The notes under the pieces are model-generated. The model had not been told where the DNA came from, made no database searches, and saw nothing but the letters and a program-made list of their open reading frames with translations. Positions 63,961-64,000 of a stretch of DNA of 64,000 nucleotides are shown piece by piece. The stretch lies in the NCBI RefSeq assembly GCF_009914755.1, contig NC_060925.1. One strand, 5' to 3'. The position numbers and the translations under genes are program-made. The first letter of the stretch is position 1. Each line of letters starts with the position of its first letter. The stretch comes from the human T2T-CHM13v2.0 reference genome, Homo sapiens.

Positions 63961-64000
63961 TGTATATTCATACCACAAAACTTGCTAATTTTTTTTTTTT

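Overview
Eukaryotic, repeat-rich genomic DNA. I recognise it as the human chr1q24 FMO cluster. It contains the complete FMO3 gene on the + strand: a non-coding exon 1 at ~9230-9324 and coding exons 2-9 from ATG 11002 to TAA 35820, giving 1599 nt / 532 aa with all introns GT-AG. It also holds the first two coding-type exons of FMO6P (56584-56721, 61550-61738) and the sense/antisense MIR1295A/B hairpin in FMO3 intron 2. Upstream of FMO3 is a full-length, TSD-flanked processed pseudogene of ALKBH8, and there are many Alu, L1, L2/MIR, LTR and DNA-transposon relics. I found no new multi-gene system. The most interesting observations: (1) the ALKBH8 retrocopy comes from an mRNA lacking three exon-sized blocks, including the AlkB catalytic motifs; (2) an unexplained near-perfect hairpin at 54024-54094; (3) an Alu inserted into the distal FMO3 exon-1 donor; (4) an L1 whose TSDs enclose a 1.1-kb AT expansion and which carries an in-frame ORF2 deletion; (5) a tiny twin-primed L1; (6) a young AluYa5; (7) an unidentified second retrocopy-like fragment. 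Repeat subfamily names and parent-gene comparisons are from memory of consensus sequences, not from a run alignment.
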